Shown piece by piece: positions 51,877 to 63,965 of a DNA stretch of 64,000 nt (positions are counted from its first letter, which is position 1; the number at the start of each line of letters is the position of its first letter). This DNA is from Salpingoeca rosetta. Lineage: Eukaryota > Protista > Choanoflagellata. The notes beneath the pieces are model-generated. The model saw nothing but the letters and a program-made list of their open reading frames with translations. It did not search any database and was not told where the DNA came from. The stretch is taken from the NCBI GenBank assembly GCA_033442325.1, contig JAWQFM010000027.1:670231-734230 (forward strand), read 5' to 3'. The position numbers and the translations under genes are program-made.

Positions 51877-54174
51877 ATGCCAGGGAACCCATTCGCCCTC
51901 CTCGACCCCGACAGCGCGGCTGTGAAGGCCCCTGCGCCCAAGGCTAAGCCCGCCGCCAAGGCCAAGCCCACGACAAAGCCACCCAAGCCCGCCTCGTCTG
52001 GCACCCCAACGACCACCACTTCTCGCCAGGAGAAGGATGGCCGCAGCTCCGAGCGCGGTGGCCGCGGTCGCGGCCGTGGTGGCCGTGGTGGCCGTGGCGC
52101 TGGTCGCGGTGGTCGCGGCAGCCGTGGTGCTGGCCGTGGCGGTCGCGGTGCTGGCCGTGGCGGTCGTGGCCGCGGTGCTCGCTCTGAGGGCGACGACTCC
52201 CGCCCCGACGCCCCTGAGGCTGCCACCGACGTTGCCATCCCCAGCGACGACCGCGGTGCCCAGGTCCGCTCCCAGAACCGCCGCCACGGTCGCGGCAGCG
52301 GCCACGGTGCCGCCACTAACTACGACCGCAGGAGCCGCAGCGGCAGGTGTGTGAGTGGGTGTGTGCGTGTATGTTTATGTGTGTGTGGGGGGGGGGGATA
52401 GATGTGCATGTGCATTTGTGTGTGTGTGTGTGATTGCTTTTGTGTTTCTGTGCTGTGCTGTGCTGTGCTGTGGCGTTTCTGTGTTTGTCTGTCTTCCTCT
52501 GTACATGTTCGCGCGGCTTGTTGGTGTTTGTGTGTGAGGGGCCCACGTGTCCACCGAGGGTGTCTGGGCCCAATCATCGGGGCACTTCCCTACACGGTCG
52601 CCGTGGCACTTCCCTGTCCGTTTGCTTACGCTCGTGTGCGCATACACACGCTTGCGCGTGCAGGACGAAGGGCACTCGCGAGAAGCGCGACGGCCACGGT
52701 GCCGGCAACTTTGGCAGCGATGCCGAGATTGTGAAGGACGCCCAGGAGGTGCTCGAGAACGAGAAGGTTGGTGGCAGAGGCTGTGTAACACGGGGAAGGG
52801 GAGGGGATGGGCATAGTTGCGTGTGACACATTTGTATGTTTGCGTGCGCGTGTGCGGGAGCGAAAGAGTGTGGCGCTCATGCATGTGCTTGTGCTGCCCC
52901 GTGATACGCCCTCTCACACGTGCTGCTGTTGCGTGGCTGGTGTTCCTTGTACTGCGCTTGCTGCAATGAATGTGCGTGGCTTGGCGTGTTGCGCAGCAGG
53001 GCGAGGAGGTCGCCAAGGAGCAGTCTGAGGTCGTCGAGGAGGAAGTCGAAGAGGAGGAGCCCGACAACACGGTCACCATCTCCGACTACCTCAAGCAGCA
53101 GAAGTCCGTTGCTGTGTTGTTTGTTTCGCTTTGTTGTGTGTGTGTGTGTTTGGGGGGGGGGGTGCTCTCGTGTCAACCGCAGTTTTGCCCTTAGCCGTGA
53201 GTCTTTTGTTGTTTTCGTCGAAGCGGTTGTGCGCATTGATCTTTGTGTTGAGCGCATTGAGGGTGTCACTGTTTTGCCCTTGATGCCGTCACGATAACTC
53301 AACCCCCAATGTCGCGTTTTTCATCTCGCTGCAGGACCGTGACTGCACGCAAGCCCCGCCGCAAGCCCAACGAGGGTGAGGACACGAGCAAGTTTGCGTC
53401 CCACCTCGTGCGCCGCGACGAGGAGAAGGAGATCGTCGAGCCAACCAAGGAGAAGAAGGTTGGCTTTTCGACCCCGCCAACCTCTTTGTCGTGTGGCTTG
53501 TTGAATATTGACGTGCTGGGTTGGGCGTGTGTGTGCGTATGCGTGCGATAGGTTGTGCGTGCGTGTGTGCATGTATGGGTTGTGCGTGTCGCGTGCTGTA
53601 CTGACGTGTGCTCGCATCGTCGCCGTTGCTTGCCATTGTGTGTCCCGTCCTGTGTTGTGTGCTCACGCCCCTCGTGTTTTGCGGTACTGCAGCAGGTGCG
53701 CCAGAAGGAGCAGCGCGCTGCCGGCAAGAAGTACTTTGAGTTTGGCGACGAGGACTTTGCGCGCTACCGCCGCTTCGAGAGTCAGTCGCACAGAGAGTGT
53801 GTGTCTGTGTGTCTGTGTGTCTGTGTGCGTCTGTGTTTGTGTGTTTGTGTGTTTGTGTGTTATCAGCATGTCGTGTCACGTCTGATTTTGTCTCATCTGA
53901 AAAGATGGCTTGTGCAGCACCAGCACACATGTTGCATTCCTACCCGTCTCACCATTGCTTCTTTGCCTGCTTCTGCATCATGTGTGTGTGTGTGTATGTT
54001 TTGTTTTGTTTAGGCGACGAGCGTGGACGTGGCCGGGGACGCGGTCGTGGTCGCGGCCGTGGCGGTCGTGGCGGCCGTGGTGGCCGTGGTGGCCGTGGTG
54101 GCCGTGGTGATGCTCCTCGCTCTGCTGGTGCCCCACCAAGCCTGTCCACCGCCAACTTCCCCGCGCTCGCCTGA
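51877..54174 (+). CDS. SERBP1/HABP4/Stm1-like RGG-box RNA/ribosome-binding protein
   Basis: MPGNPFALLD; RGG repeats; YDRRSRSGR|TKGTREKRDGHGAGNFGS; TVTISDYLKQ; RKPNEG; C-terminal FPALA*. These are hallmark motifs of the HABP4/PAI-RBP1 (SERBP1) family. Confidence 0.9.
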
Positions 54175-54994
54175 GAGTGCTGGGGTTGCGCTTGATCAGC
54201 ACCGCTGTCATTGGCAATGTCATTGGCACTGCCCTCCTCCCCTCCCTGTACTGCCGTACCCTCCACTGCACCCACCACCCATCCCAACTCCAGCATTGAC
54301 AGCAACAAAAGCATCACTGCACCGGTACCACGCGTGCTTACGTTGCTCTGTTGCACGTGGTTGCTAAGTGCTGTTCATGCTACACTCCACTACCCCCACC
54401 AACCCCTCTTTTCTCTCCCTCCCACAACCTCCTCCCACAACCTCCTCCCAACCCCAAACTCCCCTCAACCACGGCTACTTGTGCCTCTTTGTGTGCCATA
54501 CTATACTGGCTTGCCTTCTTTCCACCATCCACCCTATCACTGTCTCCCACCACAACCGACACAGTTGCCGATGCTCAGTTTAAGTGCATGCGCTTTTCGC
54601 GTGCTGCTTCTTCTGCTTCTTCTGCTGCTGCACAACCATCAACCACCGAACCCCCCCCCCCCCACTTTGTTTTAGTGTGGCGGGGTGGTGTGCTGGGCAC
54701 AATCACAGCCATTTTCTTGTTCTGTTTTGTTGTTGGTGTGGCTGTGGTTGGATTTGCCTGTTGCACCCGCCCTTCTGCGAACCCCCCCCCCCCCTTTCAC
54801 CCCTGTCCTTTGTGACGTGTGTTTGCTATGGTTGTTGTCATGCGTGCGTGTGTGAAGAGAGAAGACAACAAGTACAAAAAAGCACCACATGATCTGTGAT
54901 GTAGGGGGAAAGAAGCAGGAGAAAGGGTGGAGGTGTGTGTGTGTGTGTGTGTGAAGAAGGAATTTGCTGACACGTTGACAAGATCGATGTTCGT

Positions 54995-55055
54995 TTACTT
55001 CTTGCGCTCTCTCGCCCATTTGTAAATGACTTCCCCGCTCGGCAACACAATCTAT

Positions 55056-55132
<77 letters not shown>

Positions 55133-56167
55133 GTGTGTGCGTGCGTGTAATGACCATCGGCACCTTGAGACAATACACCAAGAAGTACACCCTCTTTCCC
55201 GTGAGTACTCAACACCATGTACTTCCAGGGGAACAAGACCACGAACCTGCGTGCGTTTGTTGACCATTGCAAAGTAAAACTCATCGGGGTTCCTGTTGCG
55301 GGCCTACGCCAAGGTACACGCAATTGAAACAAGGGTCGTGAGTGCTGTAATAAGAGCCCAGAAATGGACACACGTACACAAGAATCAATGTGTGTTTGCG
55401 TACACAAGTGTGGCGTGCGACCCTGCTCACACACATATGACATGTTCACACACATATACATGAATTCATACATGTTCCACACCAATCAACACACAAACAG
55501 CTACATCACTGACGGTGATCGCACCTTTTCGGCAAGCGCTTTCAGTCGACGTTGCTTGAAGTGAAAGTCTCTGTATCGCGTGATGGGCACGCAAGCATTG
55601 AGAGGAGGGTAAGGCAACCACCAAGCGACATAAAGAGGACAGCCACAGACAGCCGCAAGCCAGGACAACGCCGGGCCAAGGTCACGAGGGCAATCCAGGG
55701 AGGGCACACAGCCTACCCCCCCCCCCCCTCCAATCAAGATGCATACGTACTCTCTGCGGAGCTTCCAGTCCTTGGACTTTTCGAGGAATCCAAACTTGCG
55801 CCGATGGGAAACCTGCGATCGCTCCTTGTGGGTCTTGCGCCCAGCTTTTTGCGCTTTCTGTGGACGGTGAGGTGTGTGTGTGTGTGTGTGTACGTGTGCG
55901 TGTGTGCGTGTGTGCGTGTGTGTGCGTGTGTGTGTGTGCATGCGTGTGCATGTATGTGTGTGTGTGTGTGTGTGTGTGATGATGTGAACATTTCCGCTTG
56001 GTGACGCCCTTCACACAGACGCACACACACACACACACACACACAGACGCACAGACACACACACACACACATGCACAGACACACAGACACACAGACACAC
56101 AGACACACAGACACACAGACACACGCACAGACACACATCAAGCATGGCGCACCGCAAACGACGACAT
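54995..56167 (-). CDS. UTP11: U3 snoRNP/SSU processome protein UTP11, central part missing; exons 56167-56153, 55857-55751, 55570-55525, 55303-55247, 55051-54995
   Basis: MSSFA|KAQKAGRKTHKERSQVSHRRKFGFLEKSKDWKLRRE|DFHFKQRRLKALAEK|ARNRNPDEFYFAMVNKRTQ|IVLPSGEVIYKWARERKK*. The Utp11 N-terminal motifs (H.ERSQ, LEK.KD, RNPDEFYF.M) and C-terminal motif (YKW..ERK) are present. Confidence 0.88.
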
Positions 56168-56577
56168 CTTGGCTGTCTTTTGATGCACGTGTAGGGGATC
56201 GGTAAATTGCACCGAATGGTCACCTCGTCTGCGTTGTGGAAAAGCCGTGGAACATTTCCAGCAATAATCGACCATGTTGGCAGGCAACTGCTTGCACGCA
56301 CTTATCGTTCTTGTGTTGTTGTTCTGTTGTTGTTCTGTTGTTGTTATTGGTGGAGAACGAGAGACGAAAGACGAAGGCGAAGCGCTGCTTTGTCACATCA
56401 TGTAACAACGCAACAGCGCAGCAACAAGCAGGAGCAAGCACGACAGGTGAGCCAGCCATCCAGGAAGAAGGGAGAAGGAAAATGACAGAAAGGGAAGGCA
56501 ACCTTGCGGTCAAGCGGCAACGGTGTTGGTTTGTGCGATGCGAAAGCCTGCTTGAGCGACGCGCGAAAGGCAGCGCA

Positions 56578-57214
56578 TTACTCGGAGCAGTCAACGTCAA
56601 TGGTAAGCTGGTATTGGCCTTCGGTTGAAAACGAGGTGTCTGCGACTGACACAAAGTAGGAGGTGGTTAGGCTGTCTGTCGTTTGGTAGAAGATGTACTC
56701 GTTGTCCGTTGTGGAGTTGGAATAGGCTTGGTCTGCCTCGTTCTCGACGGACATAAGGCCGAGAGTCAGGTCAATCTCCGCGTGCGTGAAATACAGGTTG
56801 ATGGTGACGTTGGCAAAGGGGCACACATCAACGCGGTACAAGTCGGCGTCACCAACGCAAATGCCTGCCGTGATGTCCACGGGAAGGGTAAGGTTGGTTG
56901 TGCCAAATGGAGGGTTCTGGTTCGGCTCGTACATGTCCTCGCAGTTGAACGTGGTTGTGGTTGGCGCTTCGGTCGTGGTCGTCGTCGTGACTGTCACGTT
57001 GCAGTCAATGTCTGCAGTGGAAAACGCGCAGTTGCGGCTGTGCGTGGGTGGGGGGGGGGGAGGGGGTGAGTGAGTGGGAGGGTGATGGAGCGGGGAAGAG
57101 GGGGGGGGGGACAAAGCTTCGATCGAAGGAGGGAACTGAAGGAAGAAATGGACCCAGGCGTCGCTTCAGAAACACACCACCACACACACCCACACACCCA
57201 CACACACACATCCA

Positions 57215-57251
<37 letters not shown>

Positions 57252-58645
57252 CCACGCGTCAGACTCACTAGCATGCGAGGATGGTCTTGACGTCGGTGTA
57301 GTTGTCGCTGCCCATAATGTCGTCGCAGTCTGCAAGGCAGATGCCAAAGTCCACCAGGTTTGAGGTGCTGTGGTGGTCAAACTCGGCGACGCAGGTCGAG
57401 AAGGTATCGCGCACATCGTTCTCAAACACGGCCTGAGGGGAAGGAAGGAAATGGGAGGTGGTGAGAAAGGTAAGGGAACGGTAGAGGGGAAAGTCAAGAA
57501 CAACACAACAAGGCGATGCATGAGTGGACGCTTTGGTGTGTGTGTGTGCGTGTGTGTGCGTGTGTGTGTATGCAGACAGAGAGAGAGAGAGAGAGGAGCG
57601 AGAACAAGGGGTATGCATCTGCAAGCCCTGCAAGACTCGCGGGTATGGTGTCAGGACCATGCTGGCACAAACGGTAACACAAACGCATGAGCACAACGAA
57701 AAGCACACTTACCGCGCCGATGCAGCTGTCCACCTGGTCGGTGCATGTGTAATCGCAAGGTGGGAGGGTTGTGGTCGTGGTCGTGGTCGTGGTTGTCGTA
57801 GTGGTTGTGGTTGTGGTGGTTGTGGTTGTTGTGGTTGTGGTTGTTGTGGTGGTGGTTGTAGTGGTGGTGGTCGTTGTGGTGGTGGTCGGCGCCTCCACCT
57901 CGCGCACATCCACGACGGTGCAGCGGTTGAAGCGGAAGGTTGTGGACTGCGCACACACGAGCAGGTCGTCGACATGTGCGCTGTTGAGGGTGCTGGTGCG
58001 GAACGAGGTGGCATTGATCACGTCAATCGTGGCGGACGTGTCACCATTGTACCGGCACAGCTGTGCATGTGTGTATAAGTGTGTGTTGAAATGGGATGAG
58101 TCAGGGCTGATGTGGCTGAGTTGGATCAATCAGACAGCACACCGGCTCGTGGCACAGAGTGCTTGCATGCGGACATCCACCAGCACAAGCACGCACACGC
58201 ACAAGCGCAAACACGAACACACACGCGCGCGCACACGCACACACACACACACACACACATACACAGACAAGCACACAGACAAGCACACACACAGACAAGC
58301 ACACACGCGCACGCACACACACACATACACAGACAAGCACACACACAGACAAGCACACACACACATACACAGACAAGCACACACACAGACAAGCACACAC
58401 ACACATACACAGACAAGCACACACATACCCTGGAGATATCACAGTCATCCTCGAGGGCCTGCTTCCAGCGCATGGCAAAGAAGTCGAGCTCCTCCTCATT
58501 GCGCTCCGTCAGTGGATCACCACGCGAGCAGTCCAGTTCAACCTGGTGAAGGGCAGGAGGTGATGAAATAGTGCAGCGTGGTTGAGTTGAGAGGGGATGA
58601 GGACAGAGGACAAGGAAGATGATATACAATCAAAGTGAAAGAGAG

Positions 58646-58734
<89 letters not shown>

Positions 58735-59663
58735 CACACACACACACACACAAAACCACACACACACACACGCACACACCGCAAAGTAGGTGTCGAAAAC
58801 AGTCTGTGTGCAGTTAGCGACGGAGTAGCAGCCCTCAAACTCTGTGTCGTTGCAGCGGAAGATCCTTTGGCAGTCTGATCAAAGAAGGAACGTGGTATGA
58901 GTGGCCACGCGCCGTCACGAAGCAGCACCATAACGCAGTTGTTTTCAACACGAACAAGAGCCGCGCACACGTGCGCAACCAAGCAGACAGCCAAGTACGC
59001 ACAGATGCAACTTGCAAAGGAGCGAGCACACGCTCACTAGATTCGGCCTCATACTCACTTCCGTTGTCGCACTCGGCAAAGTTGTTGCACATGCACTCGC
59101 CACCTGCATTTGTTTGGAGCACACGAGTGTGAAGGCGTGAGTTGTGAAGAAGCAGTGCATGTGGTTCGTTGGTCGCAGTGACAATAACGCGTCCACATAC
59201 GCATGTGCAGCTCGAACAGAGCCAGGTTGCAGATGGTTCAAAGCGGTCAACCAACATAAAGGACAACAAAGCAAGTAAGCACACGCACACACGCATGCAC
59301 GCACGCACAAGCACACACACGCACACACACACACATACACACACGAACACAAAACAAATAAACAAGCAAGTACGCTCATGTTGTGTGACGTACCAACGTC
59401 GCAACGGGACTGTTGAATGCCGGTCTCGTAGCCGCCCTCAAAGTAGTAGCCCTCGTTGGACGCCGTCAGGTTGGCGCAGCCATCCAGGTTCTGCAATAAA
59501 AGTGTACGTGAGTGTGTGCCAGTGAGTCGTACAGAAGAGGCACAAGAAGTGAAGGGGTTGTCAACTCTTTGTCGTGCGTGGGATTCAACACGACAAAAGA
59601 TCGCAAGAGCTGTGCAAGAGAGCGCAAGAGAAACAAGAAGGAAGGGGCAAAAGAGCAAGAAAG

Positions 59664-59727
<64 letters not shown>

Positions 59728-60260
59728 CCTGTCTCATCCCTTCACCCATCTCCTTTGATGCAGCTTTTACCCTACCGTTTCGGCAAGGAATTCCGAGAGG
59801 GTCAGTTCATCTCCAAGGCTGACGCCCTGCGAATGATTGTACAGTTGCCGACGGTGGTGGTGGGAGGGAGTGTGATGTTCATTCGTTCATGAGCGTGTGT
59901 GACTCGGAAAACCTTGGAACATCGCCCAGCCAGCGGAACACACATACACACACCAGACGAGGCAGCCAGGACCGCACAGCAGCCCAATCTCCCCCAATAA
60001 TTGTCAGAGCACATCGTCACATTCCCGCCAACCCCATCCACCCCCACACAGACACAGGACACGCACAGGCTTACTGCCAGAGTGGCACACCCAACCAGGT
60101 CACACCAACCCAAACGCAAGCCTTCTCGACAGTTGGCCGCCTGCCAAGTCAAGGGTGCCTCTTGGCTGATTTGTTGGGCACTTACGATGGCGGAGGCGTG
60201 GGAGGCGAGGGCAGCAAGCAGCACCACTCCAAGGATGCCAGAGAACACAAGGCCACGCAT
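56578..60260 (-). CDS. Secreted Cys-rich glycoprotein with Thr-rich mucin stalks and a C-terminal PPC (pre-peptidase C-terminal)-like domain, ~9 exons
   Basis: Signal peptide MRGLVFSGILGVVLLAALASHASA. Exons GVSLGDEL..|NLDGCANLT..|GGECMCNNFAECDNG|CQRIFRCND..|VELDCSRG..|LCRY..poly-T..|AVFEND..|..CEDMYEPN..GICVGDADLYRV..LYFTHAEIDLTL..SNSTTDNEYI..YQLTI*. Many N-glycosylation sequons, no TM. Confidence 0.8.
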
Positions 60261-61446
60261 GGTGAAAGCGGGTGGGAAGGAAGGAAGGAAGGAAGGTGGA
60301 AGGTGGGTGCGTCGGTGACACAACAAGGAACAAGGCACGCAGGCGGGTAAAATGAGTGGTTGTCGCAGCCCTTGGCGTCAAGCCAAAGCCACAAGGCCAC
60401 AGCTTTCATCAAAGGTTTTATTCGCACGCTGCTTCCTCGTTGCTTCCTTGTTGCTTGAGCCTCAAGGCGCAGTGCGTGGTTGCTTGGCACGCGACCCTCC
60501 TTCAGCCTTGCGAGCCCGGTGGTTGCCTGGAAATACCAACACGCAGTTTGGGGGGGTCACGGAGGCGACTCAAGCACGGGTGGCGACTGCAGGTGTGGGG
60601 AAGACGGGGAAAATTAATGCATGCATGCAAGTGCCTGAAGCCTCCGAAGCACCGAAGACGACCAAGTGTCCTGGGGCATGGGGAAAGATTGGATGTTATC
60701 TGCGAATAGTCGCCGAGGCTGGCATGCACGGCAGTTTGCATGCGTGCGCAACGCCACCACACGCCACCAACCTACGAACTGCCGCTGTCCGCGGGAATTT
60801 TGAACGACTTGCAGGGTTCGCTGTCCAGAAGACAGCAGCAGCAGCGGCATCATCATTCTTGGAGATGGATTGGCTAAAGGGAACGCATGAGTTGTTGGAG
60901 AGGCTAGGAGAGTTGTTGGACCTGTTGATGGTCTGTCAGGTCTGTCTGTGGTTCATTCTCCTCGGTGCCTTGGTACCTTGAGTGCGCCACACCACCACAA
61001 GAGTGCAGTCATGTCCCCAACGCATGCCATGGTTTGGAGCAGGACCCACTCCATGAGTGTATGTGCGCGCGCGCGTGTGTGCTGGATGACGAAAGAACAA
61101 TAAACACATCGCAAGCACCGCGAGCAAGCAAGCAGGCAAGCATAATACCGTCATCAGCAAGCACAAAACCCCTTGCTTTAAATCAACAATTTTTCGCTTG
61201 TACGAGTGTGTGTATTGGAAGCTTGCGCGTCATGTTGTATGAGATCGTTCTGAATTCGACATGTAGGGCGCAGGTTAAATGCCTGTTCACTACTTGCTTA
61301 TCTCAGGATGCTTCGTGCAACGCTCCTTGTTACTTCCTGGCTTATCGGTTACTGACATGAAAGTGGATCATGCACGCTTTTTTTTTTTTTCTGCACGCTC
61401 AGTGTGTGTGTGTGTGCATGTGTGTGTGTGCATGAGAGAGAGAGAG

Positions 61447-61489
<43 letters not shown>

Positions 61490-62384
61490 ATGTGTGTGTG
61501 TGTGCCTGCCTGACTATGTCTCTCACCCCTCGCACATGCGAAGCACGCTGACCACAGCGTGTACATACACAGCACAGCGTCTGCACCAACGAGCAGTGGT
61601 TGCCAGCGCGCGGGCGCCAATCCACAAGCATGGGTGCAGGTGTGTGCGCAGGATGGTGACCGCAAGCAAGCACCTCTCTCGCTCGCTCTCTTGCTGGCAT
61701 AGCTGCGGGACTTGTACTGGACGTTGGACAGACAAACAATGAGTACAGAGGATATTTGACACGAAACCAAACGAAAAAACAAGCACAATCAAGCATGCAA
61801 GGAGAACACCGACCACACACAAACATGTGCACGCACGCTGGGCAAGCCAAGCAGTCAACGTGAACTGAAAGCACAGCATGGCCAATGCGCAAAGAAGTAA
61901 AGAAATGAACACACACTCACGCACACACACACACACGCACGCGCGCACACAAGAAAGACAGACAACCAAAGGACATGGGCACGGCATCGCAGCACAGTGA
62001 AAAGGGTTAATTAAGGCTTGGAATGAGATGAAGGAAGCGGATGGGGTAGAGAGAGGAGGGCGAGGTGGAAGGCAATATGTGTGTGTGTGTGTGTGTGACA
62101 GGGAGGGAACAGTGCGGGGGAAGAGGCTGAGGGGGAGAGGGAGAGGAAGGGGCGGGAGAGCAAGACGAATAAAGAAATGGTATTGATCGACACGAGAGGC
62201 AGGGAAGGGGAGAGGTACGTGAAGCACGCAAAGTGACATGGGCAACGAGGCCCAGACAGCAAAGACACGGCTCACAAGACGAGGGGGAGGGGTGGTCAGG
62301 TCAAGGTCAAATCAAAAGCACATTCAACAATGATAGAACAGCAACATGTCGCATACAGCGATTATGCGATCAGAGGTCGGGCAG

Positions 62385-63590
62385 CTAGCGCCTGGGCGTG
62401 TGCCTGCGCTTCCCCAGCAACTCTGCAACCTCAACCAGCTCCTCTTCACTGAGTCGGCGCTCGTCAAGTGTGATCCTGTCACGCACAGCTTGCGCGATTT
62501 TGGCCTGTGACGTGCTCTTGGCAAGACCAAGAACTTCGGCCAGCTTCTCGAGCACGGAGCTTTCAAAACGCCGCAGGGGACAGTCCTTCCCCTGACCCAC
62601 AGCAGGTTTGTTGGATTCCTGCTCAGCGCCACCGGTTCCAGCTGGCTGTGCAGACTCGTTGCTGCTGCTGCTGCTGCCACTGCTGCTGCTGTTGTTGCTG
62701 CTGCTGCCACTGCTGCTGCTGCTGCTGCTGCTGCCACTGCTGCTGCTGTTGCTGCTGCTGCCACTGCTGCTGCTGTTGCTGCTGCTGCTGTGCTTGCGCT
62801 CGCGGCGGAGCTTGTCCTCATTTATACGCTGGTGGTGATCGAAGACGGCTTCCAGAAACACGGTATGGCCGTGAGTAGTGAGGGCACGCAGGGCGCAGAT
62901 CAGGATGACCCAGTTGAAGGTATGGCCAATAATGGCTTCTGGGTGCTCGGGAAACACGGCCTCTTGGAGACCGCTGATTGCTCTGTCCATGGCGTCACGG
63001 CGCTTTTGTTGCGCTCTTGCGTGCTTAGCCTTCTGCTCAGGGGTAAGCTTCTTCCTCTTCCTCCGCGTCTTCTTCTTCTTCTTCTCCTGCTGCTGCCGCT
63101 GTGCAACGGGGCGACTGCGGTGTGCGCGCTTGGGAGCTGGGCGTCCGTCATCAGGAAGGGCACGCTCTTGGTCGTGCTGGAAGCCAAGCTGATGGTGGAG
63201 GAATGACTGCTGGTTGTCCTGGCCGTGCTGCTGGTGCTGGACAAGTGGCGCTGCGCGGTGCTGGGTGCCGTCACCATCATCGCCACCATCATCGTCATCG
63301 ATGCCGTTGATCGGTGGAAGGTCGACAAACAGCTCGTTGTTCGTGTGGAAGCGGTCGTCCAGGGATGCATCAAGCGGAGGTCCCTGGAGCGCAAAAGGAC
63401 TGTGTGGAGACCACAGAGGCAGGGGCAGGTCAAGGAAGTTTGGGGGAGTTGGCACTCCGCTCGGGCTGAGAGGTGACGGAGGTGGGAATGACGGCAGTGA
63501 CAGCGGCGGGGAAGCACCGTCGTCACCCATGGCAGGCGGTGGACGGGTGGGCGTTGTTGCAACGACGCTGGCCTGCACGGCGGGGTCCAT
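62385..63590 (-). CDS. Atypical bHLH-like protein (5' end uncertain)
   Basis: Pro/acidic N-terminus, then NLS KKKKKTRRKRKK, then KAKHARAQQKRRDAMDRAISGLQEAVFP (basic + helix 1) and WVILICALRAL (helix 2-like). A Ser tract and a second HLH-like segment follow. Confidence 0.65.
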   Translation of the reverse strand: MDPAVQASVVATTPTRPPPAMGDDGASPPLSLPSFPPPSPLSPSGVPTPPNFLDLPLPLWSPHSPFALQGPPLDASLDDRFHTNNELFVDLPPINGIDDDDGGDDGDGTQHRAAPLVQHQQHGQDNQQSFLHHQLGFQHDQERALPDDGRPAPKRAHRSRPVAQRQQQEKKKKKTRRKRKKLTPEQKAKHARAQQKRRDAMDRAISGLQEAVFPEHPEAIIGHTFNWVILICALRALTTHGHTVFLEAVFDHHQRINEDKLRRERKHSSSSNSSSSGSSSNSSSSGSSSSSSSSGSSSNNSSSSGSSSSSNESAQPAGTGGAEQESNKPAVGQGKDCPLRRFESSVLEKLAEVLGLAKSTSQAKIAQAVRDRITLDERRLSEEELVEVAELLGKRRHTPRR

Positions 63591-63965
63591 CAGGGCCCTC
63601 AACGGAGAGTTGATGGTGCTGGCGGAGCCGTCGCCAAACAGATTCAGTTAGAGGATGCTGCTGCTGCGTGTGGCCTGGCTTGCCGCGTGACTTGCTTGGC
63701 GTGCTGGCGTGGTGGCAACATTGGCTTGACCGGCAGCACTGGAAATGCTGTCAGGATGCATCGCCGAGTGGTGGAGGAAATCATGCTCTTGTCCATTGAG
63801 ACAGGGAACCACGCTGGCGCGGGGTCTAAAGTCACGAACAACGAGCACAAGCAGAGGAGACACGTGAGAATCAGCCGTATGTGCGTGCGTGTGTTTGTGC
63901 GTGCGTGTGTTTGTGTGTGCGTGTGTATGTGTGTGTGTGTGTGTGTGTGATGTGTGTGTGTGTGT

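Noticed and set aside
60478-60534. RFX X-box-like motifs (gttgcctggaaat; also gttgccatgac at ~22386 and gttgctagcac at ~35920)
   Set aside because: Partial matches of a length expected by chance in 64 kb; no supporting ciliary gene context.
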